The position numbers and the translations under genes are program-made. Under the pieces are notes generated by a model. The model was not told the origin of the DNA. It was given only the letters and a program-made list of their open reading frames with translations, and searched no databases. This document shows positions 34,011 through 43,786 of a stretch of DNA of 62,124 nucleotides, piece by piece. The stretch comes from Candidatus Angelobacter sp. (GTDB taxonomy: Bacteria > Acidobacteriota > Terriglobia > Terriglobales > Acidobacteriaceae). The stretch covers positions 1 through 62,124 of the forward strand of contig DATFXI010000294.1 of assembly GCA_035316085.1 (NCBI GenBank), read 5' to 3'. Within the stretch, counting starts at the first letter, position 1. Each line of letters starts with the position of its first letter.

Positions 34011-34700
34011 ATGTCCGCAGCCAAGCCGAAAGAAAAAACTTTCGACGCCCTGCTCGAACACGGTTCCAACAACCTGGGCTGGACCATTATCCGCGTACCC
34101 TTTGACGTGGCTCAGGTGTGGGGCAAGCGGGGTCACCTCAGAGTCAAAGGCGAGATCAACGGGTTCGCCTTCCGCACTGCACTGTTCCCTACGCGCCTTG
34201 GCCAGCACATGCTGCTGGTCAACAAGAAGATGCAGAAGGGGGCAAACGCCCGGGTGGGCGTCAAGGCTCGATTCCGCATGGAACCGGATACAGCGCCGCG
34301 CCCGGTGATCGTGCCTCAGGAGTTGGTGGCAGTGCTGCGCCAGTCGCAGCGGGTGAAGAAGTTTTACGAGTCGCTCAATCCATCGACCCGCCGCGATATC
34401 GCCCGGTCGATCGCCGACATGAAGTCGAGCGACGCCCGAAACCGTCGTGCCGAGCGTCTGGCCGAGCATTTGATGGAAACCATAGAAGCCGAGCGGCAGC
34501 TGCCTCCGCTGATCGAGCGCTCGCTGGCGCAGAATCCTCTGGCCCGCGAAGGATGGAAGCTCATGCCACCCCGCCAACGCCGGTGGCACTTGCTGGGAAT
34601 CTTGGGCTACCGCAGTCCGGAGTCACGCGACCGACGCCTCGAGAAAGCTGTGCAGGAGATGGTCAAGTACGCAGAGAAACACGCCAGCCGGCGATCGTGA
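34011..34700 (+). CDS. DUF1905 + YdeI/OmpD-associated family protein
   Basis: WTIIRVPFDVAQVWGKRGHLRVKGEINGFAFRTALFP (DUF1905), then a C-terminal YdeI-like helical region. Start chosen at 34011 (MSAAKPK). Confidence 0.7.
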   Translation: MSAAKPKEKTFDALLEHGSNNLGWTIIRVPFDVAQVWGKRGHLRVKGEINGFAFRTALFPTRLGQHMLLVNKKMQKGANARVGVKARFRMEPDTAPRPVIVPQELVAVLRQSQRVKKFYESLNPSTRRDIARSIADMKSSDARNRRAERLAEHLMETIEAERQLPPLIERSLAQNPLAREGWKLMPPRQRRWHLLGILGYRSPESRDRRLEKAVQEMVKYAEKHASRRS

Positions 34701-34741
34701 AGCGCGGCGCTTCCCCACACTCCGGCAAACGCAGGTTGGCT

Positions 34742-35230
34742 TCACGAGATAGCGCGGGGCCCTCGCTGGACAACACTGGGACCGGACTCAGGTGCCTTCG
34801 CTGCATCCATTCCCACCGGATATTTGGGGAGCACTTCTCGCAGCGCCCATTCCACGCGTTCCACGGATGCGTTGATGAGCTGGAGTTGGTCATCCCCGAT
34901 GCTCGCGGGCCGCGGGCCAACGCCCACCGCCTTGATGACCTGCAGAGCGTTCCGGATGTGATGATTCATATCGGCAATCGTTGTCATCCGGGCGCGCATC
35001 ATCTCGCGCTCCGCTCGCTCGTGTCTGGCCATCTGATAGGAGAGGACGCCGGCTACGATTCCGGTCAAGGTGTTGGTCAGCAGCAGCATGGTGCTGTGGG
35101 GTATTCCCTGCAACATCAAAAACCCATCGAGCAGGTAGCCCAGGGCCGAGACCAGCACAACAACTGCGAAAGCCATCCAGGCCGAGTGTCTTGTCCGGAA
35201 AGACTCGAATTGAATAGGCTTCTTCTGCAC
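34742..35230 (-). CDS. 2-TM protein with stand-alone HisKA_2-like (DHp) helix, no ATPase domain
   Basis: Two TM helices, then TTIADMNHHIRNALQVI...SVERVEWALREVLP. It is a paralog of 25471..25890. Confidence 0.65.
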   Translation of the reverse strand: MQKKPIQFESFRTRHSAWMAFAVVVLVSALGYLLDGFLMLQGIPHSTMLLLTNTLTGIVAGVLSYQMARHERAEREMMRARMTTIADMNHHIRNALQVIKAVGVGPRPASIGDDQLQLINASVERVEWALREVLPKYPVGMDAAKAPESGPSVVQRGPRAIS

Positions 35231-35382
35231 AAGCCCATTCTAGTCGCGCTGATACCGGCGTTAATGAAGCAAGTGTCAAGAATTGCTAAGTCGAGGCGCT
35301 TAGCAGGCGTCTGAACCTGCTCTGAGATCCTGCTCCGCGAAGGAACTTGCTTCCCGAATGTGTGCCTACCCGGGACGTGTCC

Positions 35383-37263
35383 TTACTCTACGGTGACCGA
35401 CTTGGCGAGATTACGTGGCTGGTCCACATCGCAGCCGCGGCGCACCGCGATGTGGTAAGCCAGTAGTTGCAGTGGCACTACTTCCAGAATCGGCAACAGC
35501 AGCTCCGGCGCGGGCGGCACGTAGAGCACGTGATCCACATGCTCTCTGATTTCCGAATCACCTTCGACCGCCACCGCGATGACCTGGCCTTCGCGGGCTT
35601 TCACTTCTTTCACATTGGACATGGTCTTCTCATAGCGCAACACGGAGTTAGGATCGTTCGGATCGTACGTGGCAACGATGACCACCGGCAGATTTTCGTC
35701 AATCAGCGCGTTCGGTCCATGCTTCATTTCGCCTGCGGGATAACCTTCCGCATGGATGTAGGAGATTTCCTTGAGCTTGAGTGCGCCTTCCAAAGCAATG
35801 GGGTAATGAATGCCTCGGCCGAGGAACAGAAAGTCCTGCGATTTGGCGTATTGACGCGCAAGGTCTTCAACATTCTGGTCGTGACTGAGCAGGTGTTCCA
35901 GTTTGCCGGGAATTTTCAACAACTCGTCAATGTAACGCTTGGCTTGCTCGCGCGACGTGGTGCCCCGAACTTCCCCCAAGTACAGCGCCAGCAGGAACAG
36001 CGCGGTTAGTTGCGCGGTGAAAGCCTTGGTGGAAGCCACGCCGATCTCTGGCCCGGCATGGGTGTATACCGTGCCCGCGGCCTCGCGCGCAATCATGGCG
36101 CCGACCACGTTGCAGATGGCCAGCGTCTTCGATCCCTTCTGCTTCGCTTCACGCTGCGCGGCGATGGTGTCCGCCGTTTCGCCGGACTGCGTGATCAGCA
36201 GCGTAATCTCTTTGTTCGAAGTGATGGGATCGCGGTAGCGGAATTCGCTCGAGTAGTCCACTTCCACCGGGATGCGAGCCAGCCGCTCGAGCATGAACTT
36301 GCCGGCAAGGCCGGCGTGCCAGCTGGTGCCGCACGCCGCGATGTTGATTTTTTCGAGGTTACGGAATTCCTGTTCCGTGATCTCCATCTCTTCCAGGAAA
36401 ACTTGGCCGGTATCGGGCGAGATGCGTCCCAGGGCGGTATCGCGGACAGCGCGCGGCTGCTCGTGGATTTCCTTGAGCATAAAGTGCTTGTAGCCGCCCT
36501 TTTCCGCCATGATGGGGTCCCAGGTCACGTGCTGTACTTCCCGCACCACGGATTTGCCGTCGAAGTCGGTGAGCTGCACGCCAGCCGGCGTGACCACCGC
36601 CAGGTCGCCGTCATGCAGGAAGAACAGGTCGCGCGTATGGTTGAGGATGGGCGGCACGTCAGACGCAAGAAAGTATTCGCCGTCGCCAAGTCCGATCACC
36701 GCCGGCGGGCCGTTGCGCGCGGCCACAATCTTGTTGGGCTCTTCCTCGGAGATCACCCCCAGCGCAAATACCCCGGTGAGTTGCTTCACCGTCTTGCGCA
36801 CAGCTTCTTCCAGGCTCGGACGGTGGCCGTTGGCGCTATGGAGAAAATGTTTCTCCACCAGGTGGGCAATGACTTCCGTGTCCGTGTCGGTGGTAAATTT
36901 ATGGCCTTCTTCGATCAACTTTTTCTTGAGCGAGAGGTAGTTCTCAACAATGCCGTTGTGGACCACCACGATCTTGCCGGTGCAGTCGCGATGCGGATGG
37001 GCGTTTTCCTCCGTGGGGCGCCCGTGGGTGGCCCAGCGCGTGTGGCCGATGCCATAGGTGCCGTCGAGCGGCTTCAACCGGATAGCTTCTTCTAGGTTGC
37101 GCAGCTTGCCTTCGGCGCGCCGTACCTGGAGTTCGCCCCCGGTTCCGTTGCCAGCCACGGCGATCCCGGCGGAGTCGTATCCGCGGTATTCCAGCTTCTT
37201 AAGTCCATCAAGGATGACCGGAACTACCCGTTTTTTGCCGACATAACCGACGATGCCACACAT
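35383..37263 (-). CDS. glmS: Glutamine--fructose-6-phosphate aminotransferase
   Basis: N-terminal MCGIVGY, two SIS domains, C-terminal ...NLAKSVTVE. Confidence 0.95.
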   Translation of the reverse strand: MCGIVGYVGKKRVVPVILDGLKKLEYRGYDSAGIAVAGNGTGGELQVRRAEGKLRNLEEAIRLKPLDGTYGIGHTRWATHGRPTEENAHPHRDCTGKIVVVHNGIVENYLSLKKKLIEEGHKFTTDTDTEVIAHLVEKHFLHSANGHRPSLEEAVRKTVKQLTGVFALGVISEEEPNKIVAARNGPPAVIGLGDGEYFLASDVPPILNHTRDLFFLHDGDLAVVTPAGVQLTDFDGKSVVREVQHVTWDPIMAEKGGYKHFMLKEIHEQPRAVRDTALGRISPDTGQVFLEEMEITEQEFRNLEKINIAACGTSWHAGLAGKFMLERLARIPVEVDYSSEFRYRDPITSNKEITLLITQSGETADTIAAQREAKQKGSKTLAICNVVGAMIAREAAGTVYTHAGPEIGVASTKAFTAQLTALFLLALYLGEVRGTTSREQAKRYIDELLKIPGKLEHLLSHDQNVEDLARQYAKSQDFLFLGRGIHYPIALEGALKLKEISYIHAEGYPAGEMKHGPNALIDENLPVVIVATYDPNDPNSVLRYEKTMSNVKEVKAREGQVIAVAVEGDSEIREHVDHVLYVPPAPELLLPILEVVPLQLLAYHIAVRRGCDVDQPRNLAKSVTVE

Positions 37264-37516
37264 GTTGAAGACCCTCGGGAGCCTCGATCCATCATCTTCC
37301 GTTCACGCCAGTCGCCAGCCTGACGCCACTATTAGACTCGCGCTTTTGAACGGGAGATTCTCATTCATTGTACTCCGGAAATCTGCCCTGCCATGGTTAC
37401 CTCCGGCGGCGGGACGATGAAAGTCCTTGTTCTCCGGCCCGAAAACAAGACACGGAGATAGCTGCAACGGAATCGCAGGCAGGAAAGAATCCTGCCGAGA
37501 ATTTCGATCCAAGAAA

Positions 37517-38695
37517 TCAGGCCGACTGAGCAGACGGTTTTTTCTGTGCCATAAAAGCACGGATCACACGTATTCCATCCAAGCCGAAGCTGCTGCATGC
37601 ACTGACCGCAAGGCACAGGAGGAGAAGTTCACAGAGGTTGGCGCCGTTCAATGCGGAAACCAGACCACTGAAGCGCATTCCGCCCAGAAGGACAACGAAC
37701 GTAATTACAAAGAAGGCAAAAAACCGCGGCGCAGTTTGCGCCGCGACGCTCTTGGGACGCAACGCGGCCATACACAGCTGCCGCAGGTTCCGGGCCACCC
37801 GGCTCAGCTGTTCTCCCACGGCTCTAAAATCTGCGGGTTCTTGGCCAGTAAGCCGCGCGAAGCCCGGGGCAACATCCTGAAGGCGTAGTCCGGTGCTCAG
37901 AAAAAGTTGTTCCGCGCGTTCGAGCTCCACCAGTGAGTCAGCAGTTGCCCCGCCGCTGAGGGCCTTTTGCAGCACGGAAGCATAGATTGTCTGTGCTTGC
38001 GTCCATCCCTCCAGTCCTGTCGTCATACCCTTCATCAACTTGGTAACTTCGCTTTCCTGACCGACGGCGTTGAAACTTTCCAGGACACTGGTGAACTTCG
38101 CCGAGGCTTCCTGGAAGTAAGCGGCGGCGGCGTCCAACTCCATCCGCGACTGCGCCGAAGCAGCCTGGGTAAGCAATTGCAACGCGTCAAAGTAGGTTAA
38201 GAAGCCTTTCATGGTTACGCGGTCAAGGGATGCGGAATCCGAGGACTGCGCTATCTGCCGCATACCATCACGCTGCTGGTCTTCGATGGACTTCAGCTCC
38301 GCTGAGATCTCCTGCTGTTCGAGTCTAAGCAGTTTGGATCGTGCCTGTAGAATCTGCTGGTTCACGCCGGCTTGCCACTCTGCGGACGTGGAGAGCTCTC
38401 CGCCACGGCATTTTTCAAGCCGATCGAGGATTGTCTGCAATTCCTCTTTTGAATTGCTGCCAAGCAGCAGGAACACGCTATCAAGGAACTCCAGGATTGT
38501 GGCCGCAACCGCAGCCAACGCCGGCTCAGTCTGTTTCGATTCCTTGATGAGCTCTTTCAACTCGCGCATAGGCTGTTCGGCCTGCTGCCGGTTGAGGTCG
38601 CGCATTGCCTGCGAGAGTCGTTTTGATACGCGGTCAAAACGATCTGACAACGATTCTGGAAGGTTAGGGCCCGACGCTGGACTAGATGACGCCAC
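37517..38695 (-). CDS. Hypothetical coiled-coil protein with C-terminal TM helices
   Basis: 392-aa ORF with a long helical, Gln/Glu/Leu-rich region and two C-terminal hydrophobic segments. No family recognised. Confidence 0.6.
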   Translation of the reverse strand: MASSSPASGPNLPESLSDRFDRVSKRLSQAMRDLNRQQAEQPMRELKELIKESKQTEPALAAVAATILEFLDSVFLLLGSNSKEELQTILDRLEKCRGGELSTSAEWQAGVNQQILQARSKLLRLEQQEISAELKSIEDQQRDGMRQIAQSSDSASLDRVTMKGFLTYFDALQLLTQAASAQSRMELDAAAAYFQEASAKFTSVLESFNAVGQESEVTKLMKGMTTGLEGWTQAQTIYASVLQKALSGGATADSLVELERAEQLFLSTGLRLQDVAPGFARLTGQEPADFRAVGEQLSRVARNLRQLCMAALRPKSVAAQTAPRFFAFFVITFVVLLGGMRFSGLVSALNGANLCELLLLCLAVSACSSFGLDGIRVIRAFMAQKKPSAQSA

Positions 38696-38774
38696 GGGGT
38701 CCTCCTAAGCTTTAAAACGGCTCAAAGCGCGAAGAACTATACCACGCTTCCGTACGGCCTAGAGGAAGGCCGCT

Positions 38775-39020
38775 TTATTCGTCAATCCGGTAGCTGAACT
38801 CTTCAATCACGGGATTGGTCAGGACTTCCTTGGCGATGCGTTCCACTTCAGCCTTGGCAGCAGCCTTGTCCAAACCGCCGTCCAGTGCGATCTCAAAAAA
38901 CTTGCCCTGGCGCACGCCATCCACTCCTTTGTATCCCATCTTTTTCAGAGCTCCCTGGATGGTCTTGCCCTGAGGATCGAGCACCGTGTTCTTCAGCATG
39001 ACCGTGACGTAAGCCTTCAT
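38775..39020 (-). CDS. purS: Phosphoribosylformylglycinamidine synthase subunit PurS
   Basis: 81 aa. MKAYVTVMLKNTVLDPQGKTIQGALKKMGY is the typical PurS sequence. Confidence 0.9.
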   Translation of the reverse strand: MKAYVTVMLKNTVLDPQGKTIQGALKKMGYKGVDGVRQGKFFEIALDGGLDKAAAKAEVERIAKEVLTNPVIEEFSYRIDE

Positions 39021-39098
39021 GGTTGAATTCGATTATAACCAACCTGGGATAACCTTTTGCCCGCTGGAAGGTCCAAGACTTGGCTACGAGGTGCGCTT

Positions 39099-39557
39099 AT
39101 GCTCAGGAATTTACAGAAATCGGTTCAGGTGCTGCTCGCCGTTATCGCGATGACGCCAGGCTTGTTGATCGCGCAGAACAACACCGGCAAGAAGGCCGCT
39201 TCTGTGAACGATGAATCGGTTTTGGTCGGCGATTGGCGCGGCGATTCCATCTGCCAGGTCCATCCCAGCGCGTGCCACGACGAAGACTCGTTGTATCACT
39301 TCAGCAAAGTTGCCGGGAAACCGGGGGCTTATTCCCTGAAAGCCGACAAGATCGTCAACGGCCAGGCAGAGACCATGGGAACTCTTGATTGCAGTTACGA
39401 TGCGAAAGCTCAGGCGCTCGAGTGCACCATCCCCGAGCGAGCTATCCTTCGCTTTACCTGGGAAGGTACTGAGATGCATGGCACCATGACGCTGACCGAT
39501 AAAACCTTTTGGCGCAAGATCAGCCTCAAGAAAGTCGAAACCAAGAAGACTTCATAA
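39099..39557 (+). CDS. Secreted hypothetical protein
   Basis: Signal peptide MLRNLQKSVQVLLAVIAMTPGLLIAQ. No family recognised. Confidence 0.6.
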   Translation: MLRNLQKSVQVLLAVIAMTPGLLIAQNNTGKKAASVNDESVLVGDWRGDSICQVHPSACHDEDSLYHFSKVAGKPGAYSLKADKIVNGQAETMGTLDCSYDAKAQALECTIPERAILRFTWEGTEMHGTMTLTDKTFWRKISLKKVETKKTS

Positions 39558-39593
39558 GCAGGCCGCTTCCCCGGCTCTTGATAGACTGTCCTC

Positions 39594-40451
39594 GTGCCTT
39601 CCAACCAAAAGCTGGGCCTGATCGCCGGCAACGGCAGCTTTCCCCTGCTGATGCTTGATGCGGCGCGCGCCCAGGGCGCCGAAGTCGTCGTCGCCGCCAT
39701 CAAGGAAGAAACCTCGCCGCAGATCGAGCAGCGCGGAGCCGCCGCGGTCTATTGGATGTCGCTGGGCGAGCTGGGCAAGCTCATTGACACGTTCAAAAAA
39801 GAAGGCGTGCATACCGCGGTGATGGCCGGGCAGGTCAAGCACAAGCAGATCTTCTCCGCCATCCGGCCGGACTGGCGTTTGGCGAAGGTTCTGCTTTCTC
39901 TCGGCACGCGCAATACCGATTCGCTCATCGGCGCGGTGGCCAAGGTCCTTGAGGACGAAGGCATCCATCTCATCAGCTCGACTTCGTATCTGGAGCCGCT
40001 GCTGGCCAAGCCGGGCGTGCTTACACGCCGCGCGCCGACCGACGCCGAGTACAAGAACGTCGCCTACGGACGCCAAGTCGCGCGGCATTTAGCGCAATAC
40101 GATATCGGCCAGACCGTGGTGATTGCTGAATCGGCCTGCGTGGCGGTTGAAGCCATGGAAGGCACGGACGCCACGATCCTGCGCGCCGGCGAGATCATGA
40201 GAAGTTCCGCTCACGCCCACGATGACGCGCCGGTGCTCAGTCGCGCGCTCACCGTGGTGAAGGTAGCCAAACCCAATCAGGATATGCGTTTTGACGTTCC
40301 TGTGGTGGGCGTGAAAACCATGGAAACCATGGCTCAGGCCGGCGCGACTTGCCTGGCGATCGATGCCGGCAAGTGCCTGTTCCTTGACGGCGACCGCGTC
40401 GTCCAGGCCGCCGACCAGGCAGGCATCACTATCGTCGCGGGCGAAGTTTAG
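39594..40451 (+). CDS. lpxI: UDP-2,3-diacylglucosamine diphosphatase LpxI (DUF1009)
   Basis: KLGLIAGNGSFPL, GQVKHK and DIGQTVVIAESACVAVEAMEGTDATILRAG are characteristic of LpxI. GTG start. Confidence 0.8.
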   Translation: MPSNQKLGLIAGNGSFPLLMLDAARAQGAEVVVAAIKEETSPQIEQRGAAAVYWMSLGELGKLIDTFKKEGVHTAVMAGQVKHKQIFSAIRPDWRLAKVLLSLGTRNTDSLIGAVAKVLEDEGIHLISSTSYLEPLLAKPGVLTRRAPTDAEYKNVAYGRQVARHLAQYDIGQTVVIAESACVAVEAMEGTDATILRAGEIMRSSAHAHDDAPVLSRALTVVKVAKPNQDMRFDVPVVGVKTMETMAQAGATCLAIDAGKCLFLDGDRVVQAADQAGITIVAGEV

Positions 40452-40454
40452 CTC

Positions 40455-41210
40455 TCATTTCGCCGATTCCGCGCGTTTCGCAATCGCGCGCAGCCACATG
40501 CGGCGGATCAATGCGCTTCCAGGATAGATCACGCGCCAATAAGCGGCGAAGCGCCGGCGCGCCGAGGCGTCGGTAGCGAAGACACGGGTCTCGGTGGTGA
40601 CAATCGTTACGCCCGGCTCACTCTCGGCATCTTCAAGCCGGAAATTCATTGCGGCCAAGGCAAAGCCGGGTGCTCGCAGGGCCTTGAATTTTTCCGGCGT
40701 CCCCTTGCCGTTGGGCCGCCAGCCTTCCGGCGCACCCACCAGAGTACCTACAACAATCTCGCGATCAGGTTCTTCAGCCAGGACAATAAAACTGGTTCGC
40801 GTGGCAACATCCAGCAGTGGCTGGCCCTGCGGCGGATTGAGAATGCTTTCCGGGCCGGGACGCCCCAGACGGCGTATCCATACCAGCGTGTGAAAAAGAG
40901 TAATCTCATCGGCAGTGACCGCTTTGATGGCGCGATACGCCTCTTCCCGCGATGCTTTTACCCGCGTAGAGTGGAACTCGTTGAACTGGTAAACAGGAAC
41001 AAATTCGTCCAGGTGTGTGCGCGGGTCAGCCACGCGCTGGTCCGCCGCGGGCAGCAAAGCGCCAATCAGGACGACAAGAATCCCTGCCGCCACGATCAGC
41101 AGAGCGAGCCTCCGCGAGCGGATTGCCAAGAATGACAATGGTCGCAGGAGAGAGACAACTCCCAGGAACGCAGCGCCCAAGCCGAAGTAGACCACCACCG
41201 TGCCGAGCAC
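40455..41210 (-). CDS. Hypothetical membrane-anchored protein
   Basis: Two N-terminal TM helices followed by a ~180-aa soluble domain. No motif recognised. Confidence 0.6.
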   Translation of the reverse strand: MLGTVVVYFGLGAAFLGVVSLLRPLSFLAIRSRRLALLIVAAGILVVLIGALLPAADQRVADPRTHLDEFVPVYQFNEFHSTRVKASREEAYRAIKAVTADEITLFHTLVWIRRLGRPGPESILNPPQGQPLLDVATRTSFIVLAEEPDREIVVGTLVGAPEGWRPNGKGTPEKFKALRAPGFALAAMNFRLEDAESEPGVTIVTTETRVFATDASARRRFAAYWRVIYPGSALIRRMWLRAIAKRAESAK

Positions 41211-41328
41211 GGCCCCTATCCTACTCCATGAAAGAACACCTTATGTTCTGACCAATCCTGGCTCCGGCAGATCCCAACCGCCACAACCCGCAACCGTCCG
41301 CCCTGGCCGGACTGGGACTGCCCCGGTC

Positions 41329-42576
41329 CTACTTTGCGGTAGTTTTCGGCGATCCAAACTTGGCTTGAATCACTAGACCCAGGGTCAGCTTGTTGTCTAT
41401 CAGCTTGAACGCCGGCGGCTCGCTGCCGTACTCATGGCCGAAAGAAATGCCGAGCCAGTCCTTCATCATAAAATTGATCTTCGACGTGACCCGGTCCTTG
41501 GGGGCTGTCCCGACGCTGGTCAGGTGGAGAACGTCCTTGGAATCCGTCCGGTATCCGAGTTCGGTCTCGAGCGGCCAGCGGCGCACGTAGTCGGAAGTAA
41601 TTGAGATCGCCTGCAAGTGCGGAACCTTGGTGAAGGCCAGAGCGAAAGAAACGCCGGCCAACGGACGCGCCCTGCCCGTGCCATCCACCGTCGCCAGCGG
41701 CGCCTCGATGTTCCTGCCGGCCTCAACCCCCACAAAAGGCTCGAGGTATCCCCGCCGGTTCTTTCTAGCGCTGGCCAGTGTAGGAAGCTCGAACGTAAAA
41801 CGAGTTTCGGAAATGAAGTTGCGATCCGAGAAGTCGCGGGTCGTTTCCATGCGCAAGTCTTCCTTGGCGAACATGCCTTTGAAACGGCCGTGGATGCCGA
41901 TCAGGCGCGCGCTCCATTGCACGCCGTATTTCAGACTGTCGGGGTCGGCACTGGGATCGTTGCTGCTCTGCAGAGTCAGTGACGGGCCGAACTGATGATC
42001 GAATCGCGTGTTCCCAACAGAAAACGGCCTTTGTATTTTCAGGTCCACGGAGCCCGCCCAGCTCCAGTCCTGGCCGCCCACCGCCCAGATCGTCCCGGAA
42101 AAGTACAGATCGGCTTTCTCTTTCGAGTCCGCTCCCTGCACATTGGCGATGACGCTTTCGAGCGCGCTTGCCTGTTTTGTCGCGGAAGCAGCGCCTGTTT
42201 TCCCAGCGTCCGCCGGCGTAGCGGCATGAAACGTGACTTTCCCATTCGTAACGTCCGCGGATGACTTGCCTTGCACCGTGGTTCCCATCGCAAACACCAG
42301 ATAGGTCCGCTTGGGATCCAACATCTCCTGCATAGTGAGGCTGAACCCGTCGCGCGATGGGTCGGCGAGGACCGACGGAACGATGCGGCCGGCCACAGGG
42401 TCAAAGAGATAGGCCTTGAGCCGTGGGACGGAGTTTTCATCCGCGCTCGGGGAAAAAACGCACACCACTTGCCAGTGGTGGTCGGGAGTGTCGAATGCGT
42501 CGCAGCTCTTAATGCCCTGCGCGTGCACTGCAGCCGACACGAAGAGCATGGTAACGGCAGCCAGGACCCTGATCAT
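41329..42576 (-). CDS. Secreted hypothetical protein (possible outer-membrane beta-barrel)
   Basis: Signal peptide MIRVLAAVTMLFVSAAVHAQG. The C-terminal half shows an alternating beta-strand-like pattern. Confidence 0.6.
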   Translation of the reverse strand: MIRVLAAVTMLFVSAAVHAQGIKSCDAFDTPDHHWQVVCVFSPSADENSVPRLKAYLFDPVAGRIVPSVLADPSRDGFSLTMQEMLDPKRTYLVFAMGTTVQGKSSADVTNGKVTFHAATPADAGKTGAASATKQASALESVIANVQGADSKEKADLYFSGTIWAVGGQDWSWAGSVDLKIQRPFSVGNTRFDHQFGPSLTLQSSNDPSADPDSLKYGVQWSARLIGIHGRFKGMFAKEDLRMETTRDFSDRNFISETRFTFELPTLASARKNRRGYLEPFVGVEAGRNIEAPLATVDGTGRARPLAGVSFALAFTKVPHLQAISITSDYVRRWPLETELGYRTDSKDVLHLTSVGTAPKDRVTSKINFMMKDWLGISFGHEYGSEPPAFKLIDNKLTLGLVIQAKFGSPKTTAK

Positions 42577-42614
42577 AAAGCGCTCCAATTCTTGAGTTAC
42601 GTTGTGCTTTGCCC

Positions 42615-42905
42615 CTACGCCGTTTCGTCCCCTGCCGGCGCGGCCTTCCTTACGACTTGGCTGGTGACGTCAGAAACCTGTGAGGTCTCGTCAAAACTGA
42701 AGTCGCCTGTGGACATGGTGTGATTCTCGCTGGGGACTCCGATTTCGGAATTAGTGGAGATCTCAATCTTGAGACTGCGCTGGCTGTTGGCGCTTTGAAT
42801 CCCAACCGCTTGCAACTGGTCACCCATGTTGATGTCCCCGGAAAAATCGCTGACAAACCGAATGCAATCGCGCACAATCTTGGCTGCTTGCGAAGTTGTT
42901 AACAT
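42615..42905 (-). CDS. Small hypothetical protein
   Basis: The ATG at 42905 is preceded by a GGAGGG SD. No family recognised. Confidence 0.45.
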   Translation of the reverse strand: MLTTSQAAKIVRDCIRFVSDFSGDINMGDQLQAVGIQSANSQRSLKIEISTNSEIGVPSENHTMSTGDFSFDETSQVSDVTSQVVRKAAPAGDETA

Positions 42906-43280
42906 TCTTGCCCTCCGCTCTGTTTTCCCTCGAGAAGCTCCGCTCAAGAGTGACTTTTTGGCGTGGATGTTACCGGAGAAATTGGACCGCCCAGGAGCGC
43001 GCCCTTTTGAGCGCCGCCATCCTACCTGTGCGCGATTGCGGAAACAATATCCAGGATTGAAAGAAGAGATTTTTTGTCTTCCCGTTTTGGAACGCCGTTG
43101 GCCAAGTGGTCGCTCCGAGCTGACGTTCGCCGCCGTGTTAAGACGATATTGTCAGCGGTGCGTGCCTACCGCCTTCCGACTAGGTCGCGATTGCCGATCT
43201 TGTAAGCGGAGTTCCTTATTTCACTCCTGGCGGGCGTGACGCAAGATGGCCGGGCGACGCTTCTTACATAGCCCGGGCCC

Positions 43281-43781
43281 ATGAAAACCATTGCCGCCGC
43301 AGTCTCTGTTGTGATTCTGTTCTGCTGCTCTTCCGTATTCGCGCAGGAGGCAAGCTCGCAACCGGCCGCGACTAGCAGCACCACGCCCGCCAGCGACGCG
43401 AACAACGCGCCGGCCAAGCAGCCCGAGCTGACCTCTGCCATTACGCCAGGCGCCGACCAGCCGCACCGCTTTTTTGACACAAAGAACACATTCGCGGCCG
43501 GTGCGTTTGCTGTCGGACTGGCCGGCGACTCCTGGTCCACGCAGCGGGCCCTTGCATATCCCAGAGCGCGCGAGGCCAACCCGCTGGCGCGTCCGTTCGT
43601 CTCCAGCTCCGCCGGCGAGGCGGTTTATTCGGCAAGCAGCCTTGGCTTCCTGCTGGGCGGGATGTACCTGGCCCACAAGACCCACCATCACAAGCTGGAA
43701 AGAGTGGTCCCCTGGGCGTTGGCGGGCTGGGAAGGCTTTCTTACCGCCTGGAACCTTCACCAGATTTCGCGACTGCGCTAG
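43281..43781 (+). CDS. Secreted/membrane hypothetical protein
   Basis: Signal peptide MKTIAAAVSVVILFCCSSVFAQ, followed by later hydrophobic segments. Confidence 0.6.
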   Translation: MKTIAAAVSVVILFCCSSVFAQEASSQPAATSSTTPASDANNAPAKQPELTSAITPGADQPHRFFDTKNTFAAGAFAVGLAGDSWSTQRALAYPRAREANPLARPFVSSSAGEAVYSASSLGFLLGGMYLAHKTHHHKLERVVPWALAGWEGFLTAWNLHQISRLR

Positions 43782-43786
43782 CCCGT

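Noticed and set aside
37264-37516. glmS ribozyme in the 253-nt region upstream of glmS
   Set aside because: The leader contains hairpins (for example GGCAGGA-TTCTT-TCCTGCC and CTTGTTTTC-GGGCCG-GAGAACAAG). However, I could not find the conserved ribozyme core elements, namely an AGCGCC cleavage-site P1 with the GACGAGG and CGGCGGAUG-type segments in the right order. A covariance-model scan (Rfam glmS) would settle it.
43085-43170. tRNA-like D-loop string GGCCAAGTGGT in the 42948..43280 intergenic region
   Set aside because: There is no acceptor-stem complementarity, no anticodon stem and no GGTTCGA-type T-loop nearby. I judge it a chance resemblance.
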